Assembly (NCBI GenBank): GCA_030295235.1
Contig: AP026169.1
Span: 620,001-684,000, forward strand
Source of the DNA: Fistulifera solaris
Taxonomy: Eukaryota
Length of the DNA stretch: 64,000 bases
Direction of reading: 5' to 3'
The position numbers and the translations under genes are program-made. Position 1 is the first letter of the stretch, and each line of letters opens with the position of its first letter. The notes beneath the pieces were generated by a model. It was not told where the DNA came from. It did no database searches and saw nothing but the letters and a program-made list of their open reading frames with translations. Below are positions 49,988-63,278 of this stretch, piece after piece.

Positions 49988-51197
49988 TATTAAAAAGGCG
50001 CACAACTTTGGCCTTAACCGTAAGTAAAGGGAACCGAGAAAATCAAAAAGGCAACACCACTACTATTGCTTGGTCTAGGAATTTTGGGCTCACCAAGTAC
50101 AGTGAATAAATGACGCCGTTGTTGTGCCGGCAATACGAAAGCTAGCCTACTGTATATTATTGATATCAGGAGATCAATGGAATTAGTTTTTTTATAATGG
50201 TTTCCCTGGTCTTGATTGCTGATGCAATAATAATGGTTGGAATGAAATTTGTCAGGTCAGTTTGTCGGAATGACGGAGTACTTGGAGTAGACTGTTGCTG
50301 ACTGCTGACGCCTATGTAACGGCGGAGTCGAATACCGATCCGATAGTAAGAGATACTGTGGGCTTTTTTTCGGTTAAGATGCAAGTCTCGCTACTGGTAT
50401 TTTTCAAAGATCGAGCCTTTGACAACTTTCATACTAAGAAATGTGATTACTATGTAGTAATAACCATTGTGGAATAATTCAGCGCTAGCTAGTGGCGCCG
50501 TTGCTTCAAAGGTTTTTGGATACCTGGTAGTAAACGACTAAAAAGTCATCAATCATAAATTATGATTCTTATGAGCCAAATTTTACCTAAATTACCCTCG
50601 ATAAAATTTACCCGTGCACGCCTCTTTGTGTCGAAATGATTGCAAGTTGTCATGCCGTTCGGATAATGCAGAACATAGATTGAAGATAAAGATATGAAGA
50701 TATTAGTAGTACGTCGGATAGACGCTTATCGCGGAGTCCCGCGCTCTTGAGCCACTGCCGAGGAGATACAGAAAATCTGTGGACGTCTACAACGCTTCGA
50801 TCGTCTACGTGTCTTTCATGTAGCCTCCGTAGGAAATTTATCGATGTAGGGGTTACTCGGATTTGATTTCTTTCGGCCTCACGTGATTTGTTGATGCAAC
50901 TGTCGTTGTTATTTCCATTAATATACAAAAAGCTTTATACGAAACGACAATCGACATCGTTCCGAGCTCAACTATTCGAAATGTCGTGCCTTGACTCAAA
51001 CGCATTCCAGTCCCGTCAGCTTACTTTCGTATTTCGCTTCTTTTTTCTCGCGACCATGGACGCGTTAGAAGCAGCGCATGAACACTTTATTTGACAAAGA
51101 CTTGCAATTAACATCCATTGAACTGAAACATAGCTTCCTTATACATCTTGCTTACTGCTGAATCAAGTCGATTTACTCAGAAAAAGAACACGAAAGA

Positions 51198-52825
51198 ATG
51201 GTATTTTTAGGACCACTCCGCAAAGGCGCCAACACAACACCCAATAAATCCGATCTGGCCGAACTCGCCCAATGGGTTCCCTTGCGTCTCACTCCTTCCG
51301 AACGCGCCTTATTGACGGTTCTGGAACAGACACTGCATGTTTCCGAATATACGGATAACGTCGATATCGCGAGTCGAAGAGGTGCTGGTGTCAAAACACA
51401 ACGCATCTTGGAAGGCATTTTAGAAGCTTGTCACATTGCGACGGGGTTAGTTGCCGCGAGTGGTCAAGAACCGTCCTTTGGAACGACACCATCACAAGAC
51501 AACACTAAAATCAAAACGAAGAAGAAGAAGAAGAAAGACATTAAACACAAAACACATTATAAAAAGCAAAAGAAAACACTCTCCGGAGCACACGGTGACC
51601 CCGCCGAAAACGCCCTCTGGTTACAAACCATGTTTGAAATTGGACGTCGTCATAAAGTATTGAATCCAGCATCCATGCGTTCAACGTACGGCAAACTCAT
51701 GTATTTGATGCAAGATTCACAAAATGCGACCGTCGCTAAATCACTCGGCTTTTCTCTTTATAAGCCATTGCAACTAGTCGGCCCGTATTTGCAACAACAC
51801 GGTTGTGAAGATTTGTTACATGATCCACGGTTGGAATGTGCCGTCCGGTATATTACCGATCGAAATCCCACGACGGGAGAAAAATACGAACGTGAATACC
51901 TTCAAACACTCGTACAAGGCAAACAACACGTGCTGGAGCAACTGGTCGAAGCCTATCAAGACAAGATGCCGCCCGACGACATTCGACGCGCCATTGAATC
52001 CTTGGCGGATGCCATGGCGTATATTGAAAGTAACGTGGCTCCCGTGCAGCGCATGTTAAAGTATCTCGAAGATAATTTCGATCCCTCCAGTCCGCATAAA
52101 GCCTTTTCGCTCGCCTTGACCACCAACTCACGCTATTCTGCCATCAGCAGTAGTAACAACTACTCACGCTACGGCTTTTCGGCCTATTCCAGTGGTACCC
52201 GCGAAGGACCCACCTTGACGCATTCACACAGTGAACAATACATGTTCGTGTGGCAATCGCTGCGTTTGTGGTGTAAAGTCATGCGGAATATGCATCGTTT
52301 GTGGGTTTGTGCCGATGACGATTTGTTGTCGACGCGGACGTCGTATCATTTGTACAATACGGGACAGGGATTGCAGCGCGTCCAAAGTTGTCCGACGGTC
52401 CGCCAGGTCATGTCAAAATTGTTGGCACAAACTCAACAAGAAGCGAATGCCCCGTGGGTGGGCCTTTCGGTCATACATTTGGGCGATCGGGATGTCCCCA
52501 ATGCGTTGGTGTTCATTGACAAGTATACCCAGATACCGCGGTTCTTGTCACCGATGGTGCATTTTTGCAGAGTTTGTCGGACGAGCACGACGAACGAATC
52601 GAAGCGTATATACAGGACCAATTTGGATCCAAGGAGCAATTGAAAATGATGGTATTGACGGATTATTTCAAACACGGGTTTGACGGCAGTGGGGATGATG
52701 GAGGTAGTTGCATTGATGGCCGTTTGACGAGTTCTTGGAATTGGACCAGTCGATTGACGAAAAAGTCGTACTATCATGCGTTTATGCTGTCGGGCTTTCA
52801 GGGCTTTGATGGGGATTTTCGGTAA
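51198..52825 (+). CDS. DUF2009 / UPF0652 family protein
   Basis: [92 protein letters not shown]; indel at ~52565. Confidence 0.8.
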
Positions 52826-53075
52826 TGCAAAGTGTAAACCAATTACTCTACTGGAGTAGTTTTTAGTAGTGAATGGGACATTTTTCTAAAGTTTTGGCGA
52901 ATGTATTGTTTCAAAACAAGTCGATGATGATTCGACTAGTTATTCGATTTACCTAAGGTAGTAGTAAACGAATGGTAAAGTGCAACTGTTCTAAAGCAAT
53001 AGTCTGTATTTCTTATGTTCTTTCTTACACTTCACGTATCATTCAATCATTTATTCATTCTGCCTTTTTCTTTAT

Positions 53076-54015
53076 TTACTGCAAATCCAAAGTAGCATTG
53101 AGTTTCTCGGCAATGGCAATTTGCGTTTGTGTCAAATTGGAAAGGTAGGTGACCATTAACAAATCTTGCAAGGATTCGTGGAAAAGTTTGTCCATGGCAT
53201 CGGGTCGCATCCGGGGTACTGTCGCCAGTGCATCGGCAATGTGTCGACCTTTTTCCGTATCGGGTGGTGTTGTTCCTTCCACGACGGCATCAACGTAATT
53301 GGAAATCGTTTCCAGTAGTTCATAGAGTTGTTCCATGGAAATTTGCAACGGAGGCTTTTCTTCGCGTTGGTGTTGTTCTGTAGTTTCGTTGTTGTTGTTG
53401 TTGTCGGCGTTCTTATTCATACTTTTGATCATTTCACTGACGCAAATTGCTTCCGGTTCATTACTTCGTAGTGATAAGGGCAATTCATGAAACAAATTCC
53501 CCAATGTTTCTCCCTGTACAACAATCGGCGTGGAATGAAAGGCCCGCATCGTGACGGCATTTTCTTCCGTGAGACGACAATCAACGACCAAATGCACGGG
53601 ATTCCCATCTTCCGTTTCGGTCGAATAGAAATCATGAATGAGAGAAGACGTATCCGACAACAACGGCGACGACGAATACCATCCCACAATGACTTCCCGT
53701 TGTTTCGTACTGTTATTACTACTATTATTATTCTGTTGCAATAACGCCCACATGGTTTTGTTGAAATCTTTGCCAATGGCAACTTCGTCTCCGCGCTCCG
53801 CGTGGGGGCACCGCAAAGGCATTGGTGACTTCCACGAGAACACCGGAATCATCAAATCGACCCAACAATGTACCAATCACACGGGCACTACCCGCGGGTC
53901 GACGGCGGTGATGATCAAGAATGTGTAACAAGACCAATGGATGCACAAACACCGTAGTCGTCGTCGTGGTAGTAGTAGTAGTGTCCAACAAGAGGGCGGG
54001 AGATTGTTGCGGCAT
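53076..54015 (-). CDS. EIF3F: Translation initiation factor 3 subunit F (MPN domain)
   Basis: [15 protein letters not shown]....[54 protein letters not shown]; indel at ~53805. Confidence 0.88.
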
Positions 54016-54454
54016 TTTTGTTACAAGTATGTTTGTGTGTGAGAGAGAGAGTGTGTGTGTAAATAGGTAATGATATCGTAATTGTTGACTTTCGATCTTT
54101 CGGTATATTTGCACTGCAATGAGGAGTGAATCTCTTGATTGATATCGAATAGAAAAACACGCTTATAGCAACTAGCAACTAGGAAACATGAAGAAGAGCG
54201 AAGGAGACGGACGAAACAGGACGCAAAGTAGTTCTTGTTTGTCGTTTGTGGTCCATTTACCGCCTTACTAAACTACAGACGAGCGGAAGGCCAGACGACT
54301 CAGATCCCGTGTCGATGTTTCACGAATGAATCATCATCATCATCGTGAATCGTGAGTCCTGTTTACTCGCGAACTCTCTCAGCTGGATGGAACCGACCCG
54401 TGTGTCAATTGTCAATCAACAAACTTTGTTAAAGCTTTTCAAATATTACTCTAT

Positions 54455-56150
54455 TCATCGAACTACAATCAAATCATCAATTTTCAAGATCATGGCAACC
54501 GTCTCGGTAGCTAATCGAATGGCGGACGTCGTCACCATCAAGGGTTGCACCACATTTTGGGCAAACATGTCTTCGACTTGAGCCGTCTTGACGTGAATAC
54601 CCGCACCCACCACTCCCTTGGCCTGTTGCGCGCGAAGTTCCGTTACCGTCTCAATGGCATTTTGTCCAGCATTCTCGGCCAATGTGTACGGAATCACTTC
54701 CAAAGCGTCGGCAAAAGCCGTCCAACAATAGGCATCTTGTCCCGACCGTGTCCGGGCGTGTTGTCGCAAGGCCATGGCGGCTCGCGATTCCGCGGCACCT
54801 CCACCCGCCATGAGCGCCGGCTCTTGGACCAAACATCGCACCACACACTGGGCGTCGTGCAGGGACCGTGAGGCTTCGGCTAACACTAATTCATTGCTCC
54901 CTCGTAACAAGACCGTGACGGTACTACCGGCATTGGAAATGCCCGTAAATTGCACTACCGTATTGTTTCCTCCTTCCATGTATACATCTTCCACCAATTC
55001 CGCGTGCCCCAATTTACTCGCGTCCAGTTGATCGGGATGAGCAATTGGTTGACAATTCAGAGTTCGACAAATGAAATCCACATCACTCCGTTCAATGTCC
55101 GTCACGACTAAAATTCCCATTTTGGCCAAGAAATGCAACGATAATTCGTTGTAGGCGTCTCGTAAGATTGATTTTTGAATCAACAGCACATTGCATCCGG
55201 TCTTTTTGATTCGTTTGCACTGTTCCAATAGGTACTTTCGTTCTTCTCGCAGAATCCGATCCATGGCGGCGTAATCACTGACGACGACTTGATTGTCCAT
55301 ATCGGTTTTGGGTGCCGAAAGACAGTACTGAAGGAGGGCTATTTTGGCCTGTTTCATACTTTTGGGTCCTCCCGATTTGGCCGATCCTTTGGTGAGTACG
55401 AGACCGTGAATGAGTTCCGTATCATCGACGGTCCCTCCCACTTGTTCGACCAAGCGAATGTCACGCAAATCGATGGTGCGATTGCTCTTGTTGGATGATA
55501 GCAGTGCCAGAACGGAATCGACCGCAATGGGTGCCAACAAATCGGTATTCTGCGAAACGACTTTACTACTGAGACAAGTCTCGACGGCATGCAAGAGTTG
55601 TTCCCGATTGTCGGCCACGACGGGACGAGCGACTTGTTTCAATGAGTCACACGCCGTTTCGGCTGCTTGTAAGAAGTATTGTGCGACCGCCGATGGATGC
55701 AATCCCTTGCGCAACAATATTGACGCACTGTCCAACAAGGCCCCGGCCAGTACTACGACGGTCGTCGTCCCATCTCCCGCTTGTACATCTTGTGCTTGCG
55801 ACAATTCGACCAACATTTTGGCCGCCGGATGCAAAACATTCATTTTCGACAGAATGGTAGCACCATCGTTACTAATGAGAACGGATCCATCTTCGAGTTG
55901 CATCAATTTGTCCATACCGCGGGGTCCCAAAGACGTGCGGACGGCATTGGCGAGTGCCTGTGTAGTAGTAGTAGTAGGGAATGAAGAGTAAATAGTAAAC
56001 GTTAGTTAGGTGGTTCGTTTGGAAAGGAGAAGAAACGAAACGAAAGGAAAGGAATGGGAAAGGAATGCTAATTACCTTGGCAGCTACAATATTCGATGTA
56101 CGAACATCTTTGCCTTTCGAACGTTCATTGTAGGTTTCTCCTGACACCAT
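54455..56150 (-). CDS. CCT4: Chaperonin CCT delta subunit
   Basis: DVRTSNIVAAK|ALANAVRTSLGPRGMDK, GDGTTTVV, VVSDYAAMDRILREER, CNVLLIQKSILRDA; intron ~55958-56075. Confidence 0.95.
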
Positions 56151-56717
56151 TTTTTTGTTTGTTTGCTTCTTTGTTTTGATTATTATTATGTAAGATGATT
56201 GCTATTGATATGAATACTTTGTATGCTAACAGGTAACAATGTCAACGTAAATAGGATTGTGAATATATTATGAAGGAGGAAATCCAAGGCGGTCCAGGAG
56301 AGTGCGGTCGACGGAAGGTACCGTACCAAGTACGAAAGGGTTTGAGTTTGAGGTTACGGGTAACGGCGCACCTCCTTCTCTTTTTCATTCTTCCTTTCTC
56401 CTTTCGTTCCCCTTTCCTACGTCATCCATCCAGTTTCGACGTCAGCATAGGTATGTCGGAAGTGACGCATGTACATTTCAATTCACAGTGATTGAACCAT
56501 TCGGGGCCATTTCGCCATTCTCTCTCCGACCAAGAGTAGAAAGCGTTCCCCTTTGTTTTTGAGAGGATCGACCGCGCGCATCATCATCCTCCATCGCTTT
56601 TTTTTCGCTCCTCTTTGCGTCATTTTACCCGTCGTTATCCTCATCAAAGACTCTCGCAAGTTCTTCTTCTTCTTCTTCTTTATTATTACTATTAATTAAT
56701 ACCCACACTATCAAACA

Positions 56718-57879
56718 ATGACAACTACCGGTGCTGTTCTACTCGCTCCTTCTCCGGCGGAAGGAGTCAAGTATGACCTCATGTATTATCTCAAAGGTGC
56801 TGCCGCTGGTGGTATCTGTTGTTCCATTACTCACGGTGCTTTGACGCCCGTCGATGTCGTCAAGACGCGTGTGCAACTCGATCCTGTTAAAGTACGTACA
56901 AATAGGCGAATGTAATGTGAGAATTCTGTTGTGCTACTACTTTGGTTGGCTGCGTCGGAGCACCCGTACACATTACACCGATTACGATGTGGGCGAATCT
57001 ACTCAACTCGTTTTTGACATTTTTCTTCTCATTCCTTTCCTTTTCTTCCCTTCCCTTTTACACTCTTTCCCACACGTTCCACATCTTGTAGTACAACACC
57101 GGATTGGTCGGAGGGTTCCGCACAGTCATTGCCGAAGAAGGTGTTGCCGCACTCGCGACGGGGCTCGGTGCTACCGCCGTCGGTTACTTTATTCAGGGAT
57201 GGTTCAAATTCGGTGGAGTCGAGTACTTCAAGATTAAAGCCGCTACATCCCTCGGAGAGCAAAAGGCGTGGGAAAACAAGACTGCGATTTACATTGGAGC
57301 AGCGGCCGGAGCCGAAACCATTGCCGATATCTTCCTCTGTCCGCTCGAGGCTGTCCGCATCCGATCCGTCTCGGACCCTGAATTCTGCACCGGATTATTG
57401 GATGGATTCCAAAAATGGCCGCCACCGAAGGTATCGGAGGATTCTACGCCGGTCTCGCTCCCATCCTCGCCAAGCAAGTCCCCTACACGTGCGCCAAATT
57501 CGTCGTGCAAGGGTCCGTCGCCGACAGCATGTACGCCGGGATGGGAAAAACACCCGCCGAAGTCAGCAGCACCACCGCCTTGGGTGTTTCCCTACTTTCG
57601 GGTGTCATTGCCGGTGTCGCCTCCGCGGTCATTTCGCATCCCGCCGATACGCTTCTCAGTAAAGTCAACAAGAAAGGAGCCGGTGGTGATGGACCCATGA
57701 TGACGCGGTTGATGAACATTGCGCGAGAAATTGGTTTTGTCAAGTTGTTGACGGTTGGTTTGGCGCCCCGTTGCGTCATGATTGGTACTCTTACGGCCGG
57801 ACAGTTTGGTATCTTTGATACCGTCATGAATGCCTTGGGGGCCAGCAAGTTCCATTTCCACAATCCCGAACAACATTAA
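56718..57879 (+). CDS. Mitochondrial phosphate carrier (SLC25A3/Mir1 family)
   Basis: CCSITHGALTPVDVVKTRVQ, GYFIQGWFKFGGVEYFK, CPLEAVRIR, SHPADTLLSK; intron ~56892-57091; indel at ~57412. Confidence 0.92.
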
Positions 57880-58013
57880 TTAATTACTCCGTAATTAATT
57901 AATTATGAGTAGTAGTATAAATATAATGCTGTCAACCACTGAAAAACCCATTTGGTTTGGATAATTTTTTGGATTGTAACTAAGTTCTAAAATCTCTATT
58001 CCATTGTCTGGTA

Positions 58014-60232
58014 CTACCAGTCGCTGGAACTTCCACCATTGCGGGCTCCGATTCTCGATAATCGTACTTCGTCACCGGAAACGGGATCGTACTGTTTCCA
58101 GGAAACGGTACGATGGCGTGTCATGTAATGGAGTGGCAATGGCACCGGTTCGGTCATTTCGTGCGAGGATGATAACAAGCTCTCGGATGGCGGTGGCCAC
58201 AGATACAGAATTTCGGCTTTCTTCAGACAATTGTTTTCCTGGAATGCCGATTCCGGTGAATGCGGTCGACCAATGCAATGTTCACGCATCATTTGGGCCT
58301 CCAAACGTTCCAAATCATCCGTGGGTAAGCGTCCTTTGAAAACAGCAACTTCCGCTATTGCGCCGTCACCACCTCGTTCCATGTGTTGTCCACAACACAA
58401 CGAAATGCCAAAACAATGATCGGAGCCCAGCGTTAAACCATCCAACATCGGTCGGCCATTCCGATATTCCACGAAGTGATGATGCTCAACGCCTTCTTTC
58501 ATCCCATCAACGCGTAATTCGGTGCGATTGTCATCCACAACGGCAGTATAACAGTGCCACGATCCGGGTGAAAATCTCCCACGATGTATTCTGCGTCGGG
58601 TGTAATTCTGGTCGTCGTCATCGTACTCGTCTAGTTTATTTCCAACATTCCGATAAATACATCGGCATCGATTCATTCGGTTGGGACCCTTCGGATCGTT
58701 GTCACAACCACCTTCGTCCTCTTCACTACTGCCATCACCATAACTTCGTCCACTGTTTTCGATAGCCACCGAAGCGTCCTCGGATACATCGTCTCTTACG
58801 GACAGCCGACCCGACGCTTCGTCTTCGGCCTGGGAGCTATTGTCGTACATCGCATGATCATCGTTGGAAACGAGCGATTCACGATCCTCTTCCTGGATCC
58901 AATCTACCGTTGCAATACAAAGAGCACTTCGTTCGACTATTTCGGTTAGTTCATCTTCGGGGTACATGTGCCCTAACTCAAAGCGGTGCCGCAGTCCGGA
59001 TAGAAAACAACCGTCTTCTGTAGCAATGGCGACACAGATAATGGTGACCGGTTCGGAGATGGGGCCGCAAGCGAAGAGTGGTGTAATCATACACACCGCA
59101 TGATATTTGGGCGCGTTTAGAAACTGAACGCATCGTTTTCCGGATTTTCGGGCTACTTCATCCACCAATTCGTCTTCTCTTTGTGTCATTTGATTCGTAC
59201 TGGCGCTTGTTATAACACGCGGAAGAACTTCACGCTGTAACTCTCGACGATGGAGCTCCTTTCGGATCAGGTAATCTTGAAGCTCCTGCAACCGAATCTC
59301 GGTCGTTTCCTCGTCGTCGTCATCATTTTCGCTTTCACTCATATGAGAATTGATGATTTTATTCACATCAATCGGCTTTCTACCATCAACAACAATATCT
59401 TCATCCATGCAGAGACAATAACTCTCGGGACGCGCAACTGTAGCCCCCCTTACGGCAAATGTAGTTTGATGCCGCTCCACGTTCTCTATAGCTAAACGAC
59501 CAGATATTGACCCGTCTGTGATGCGTGTTATTGTCATTGAGGGACTTATTGACAGTTGAGCCGCCGCATTGAGCAAACTGGATACAAAACTAGATCGATA
59601 ACCGAAGTGACGCAAGACTTGCAGGGGTTGCTGGTAGCCGGTCCATTCCACAATTGTGCTAACGCTATTCATATCGTCAGGACTTATGGAGTGGCTGTTA
59701 GTAGCCAGAGCACTGTTCTTTTCAATTTCCCTCTTCTTGAATCTTCATCATCGTCATCGTCATCCGTTTCATCCAAATTTTCTGCACCATTTGGTGCGAA
59801 ACGTCCCTGAAATTGAATTATTTTTTGAATCGGTCGGGTATTGTTCGCCAAAAGCATAGCCTTATAAATTTGTTGCTGAATAATTTCCAATTCCTCTTCT
59901 TTCGATAAAGTCATCGCCAATCGTGTCTCTTTGATTCCCTCGGAACGAAACCAAGCGGCACAAAAGGTCTCATTGTCTCTCGGAACGCGCGATTCCTTTC
60001 GTCCATTTTTTCGCATTCGTCCGTTGCAGTTGTCTCCTTCTATAATACAGCGTAGCATGGACGGAAGGAGTAGAAGCTGATTCGTTTGATCGCTAACTGC
60101 TTGTTCTAATAGCACTTGATGCAAAGCATTTCTCCAGCCGACACTGACATTGGAGAAACTCGCCACATCGCTATTGGAGACGTCTCCTTGTAAAACGGCC
60201 CATTTCAAAAACACTTGCTCCGCGGTGCTCAT
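58014..60232 (-). CDS. Hypothetical protein with possible C-terminal ConA/LamG-like beta domain
   Basis: Two ORFs joinable by one indel near ~59725; WHCYTAVVD....LRVDG...LTLGSD...GAIAEVAVFKGRLPTDDL pattern. Confidence 0.55.
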
Positions 60233-60726
60233 TGTATTGCCTCTTTGTTAGATGGGATAGACGCGATGTATCCTCTCGTTGTTAGGAATCAACAAGCCAA
60301 CAATGAAGGGAACACATTTGGAAAAAGAAAACGAAAGCGACGAAAAACAAAAAAAAAAATGGAACGTGCGGTGCTCTGGAGACGATCGCAGGACGAACTG
60401 TCGTCGGGAAGCGCGTTTCGAGAATAGTGATTTGTAAAGCGGTACGTCTCAATAAGTAATCACTATTGCTGTAAGTGTGGTTTCCTTTTCTTCACGACTC
60501 AAATCATTTTGCAGTCCCGGAAACTATGGTACTAACAAAATGGGCACTTTTGATGGACCAACACATGTAGATTTACAACGTCGCGCAATTTTCTACCATC
60601 AAATTAGTGATGTTGCTTCTGTTGTACAAGGAGATACTTAAAGCACGCTCAAATTCAAAAGTGAAAAACAGTGTTTTGAAAAACTCACTTAAGCTATAGC
60701 CCGCCTACGTGTCTTTTCCCAACCTG

Positions 60727-61896
60727 TCAAAGGCGATGATCCGCAACGAAGCGGAAAGGTTCTGATGGCACCTCAAATCGAACCGTGCCGACATGGTGTT
60801 CATTGAACTCATCGTTGGAACTTGTTAAATGTTCTTCAAACGATAAAAAGCCGTTCCGACCATGAATATTGATTGGTTGTATAGTCAACACGATCTTTAC
60901 ATATTGCCAAGGCTGCTTCGCGATGACTGTTACTTGTCGTCCACTAACTTGATATCTTCCCCAAACGGCCGCCGCATCTTCTGTGTAACCCAAATTCACT
61001 CTCCGTAATCGCGGGAACATGTCATGCGGAGCCGTTGTAGTCAAAGCATAAATAACGCGCCCGTCTTCTTGAAAATACAAATAGCGATAGTATATACTTT
61101 CAAGGATGGCTCCATGAGGGATCTAAAAATCACCATCAAGTTGCCTGTGAGGTCATTTTCAGTTCAGTCAACCTTTCCAGCCACGATGTATCTTACCTCG
61201 GTCCACATGTCTCGTTGAATCTTTTTGATTTGTTTATACTTGATCACGTACACACCACCTCCAGCACGGACTCGTGGTCGCTTTTCCAGCATGGTACGGT
61301 ACGAATTTCCAAAGCGCGAGACGTGCAGTGTGCGTTTCTTGCTTTGCTGCAGATACAGACGTTCGCACAATCTCCGGTAGGCTGCTTCGGTCCTGGTAAA
61401 CGATTTCCAATGTGGACTGACTAATGCCAATGTAGCATAAGTATCTACTGGTAGAAAGTCAAAGACTCGATGCAACAAATCATCCGGAAGTATCAGTATG
61501 CGTCCACCCACTTGAAGTAACTGATCCGTCGGTAACGTGTCTTGAGCGGCCAGTCGTTCCGATTCTATTTTCTCATCCAGCTCTTCATGATCCGACTCTT
61601 CTTCTTCATTTTTGGCTGCTTCTAGTTTGCGTTGCTCTGCTTCTACCATCAAGGGATGAGAATCGTCGGGCTGAGGGGGGATACGCTAAGGTGTTGGAAT
61701 ACGGTTGGCTGTCGGAAGAATCTCCCACGGCACGTTGCATTGTCATATATTCTTCAAATTCACCGATTGTTTTGTAGCCGTACTTGAATGCCAATTCCTT
61801 GCGCTCATTCCTTGACAACATGTGCCAAATCGGCCACGTTAACTCCCATTCATTGTCCCAAATTTCAACGGAAATAGGAGCACTGCCGGAGCTCAT
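60727..61896 (-). CDS. F-box protein, FBXO9/Hrt3-like
   Basis: F-box LPDDLLHRVFDFL...LALVSPHW; RPRVRAGGGVY; spliced YYRYLYFQEDG; intron ~61108-61195; indel near 61650-61680. Confidence 0.75.
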
Positions 61897-62500
61897 CTTT
61901 AGTTCTCAATCTTCTCGCAGTGTCGCTACCCCCCACAGAATTTGCCGCAACAAAATTCCATTCAATCGAGACTCCAAAAAATGATCGGCAGAGGTAACTG
62001 GGTTTCAAAGCAGCAGAGGCAGTGTTATGCAATAGACTAGAAAACGAAGCGCCGACGGAATTTTTAAATGAATCATCATCATCATTATCACTCGACGATG
62101 CGCGTAGTAGCAGTCAGAAATTCCGTCTGCATCAAAAAAGAACAACTGTATCTACTATGCCCCAAAGTGTACTGTCCAACAATCCACGACTGCTCATCAG
62201 TCACGAATCAATATTCTTTCGAGCGACAATGCTGCCCATATTTTTACTCGTTCCGCAACAACCTTAAACTCCACTTGTCGGTATTGCAAAAATAGGCTAA
62301 AGCAGTGTTTAGATTACACGTCATTCTATTTTAAGTTGAACAGCCTTGCGAAACGTTGTCTGCCGTATTATTATAGACCAGAGTGTTGCCCGTTTTTCGT
62401 CACGACTGCGCTTCAGTCATGAATCAATATACATCCGAGCGACAATGCTGCCTACAACTCGTTCTTTCAAAGAAATATAAGGTCTATTTTCCCTAAGGTA

Positions 62501-62888
62501 GGGTTTGATGATGAAATACATCTGGACCATTCAAACAGATTTTCTGTATGATGAAGTAAACCTATTCCAGAATTTCTGGACCATTCACACAAAATTCCTG
62601 TTCAATCAAAAACACCGCTTTCAGAGATAAAGATTCTGGAACAAGCACAAAATATCTGTACCAATAAAACAGAATATCGTCTATCGTCTGTACTGGTACC
62701 ATGTACGGAAGGGTTTGATGATGAAATACACCTGGTCCAGAGTCCAGAATATCTGGACCATTCACACAGATTTTCTGTGTGACGAAGTAAACCTATTCCA
62801 GAATTTCTGGACCATTCACACAAAATTCCTGTTAAATCAAAAAAACCGCTTTCAGAGAAAAAGATTCTGGAACAAGCACAAAATATCT
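62501..62888. repeat. Two direct copies (~157 and ~178 bp) of a unit built from internal subrepeats
   Basis: gggtttgatgatgaaataca...gaacaagcacaaaatatct at 62501-62657 and ~62711-62888; tctggaccattcamaca occurs four times. Confidence 0.9.
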
Positions 62889-63278
62889 TTATGATATAGG
62901 CATATAGGCTTTAGCAGCGTTTTTATTAAATGTTATTTTATTGTTACGTCGCAGAGCCTTGCGAAACGTTATCTTCTTTATTTACTATGGACCCAAAGTG
63001 TTTGTCTACTAGGAGACTGCGACCGCATTTCAGCTATGAGACCAGTTCGGTTAGACTAACCTTACCTGAGAATGCCCCTTCCTTTCGCCAGAAACAATAC
63101 ATGAAATATAAGGAGACATTCGAAGAGTTCAATTGTTCGATCCTTCTACGTATTGATGTCCATTTGATGTCAAGTATCGTTTCAAGGCACTAAACGTAAA
63201 TTGTCGGAGAAAGCGACAATGGACGATCATTCACCACCTACAATGCTTGTGCATTTAGTTAATAAAGCCTTTCGTTTA

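Noticed and set aside
62501..62888. CRISPR-like array
   Set aside because: The segments between subrepeats are themselves duplicated rather than unique spacers. There are no cas genes and the context is eukaryotic.
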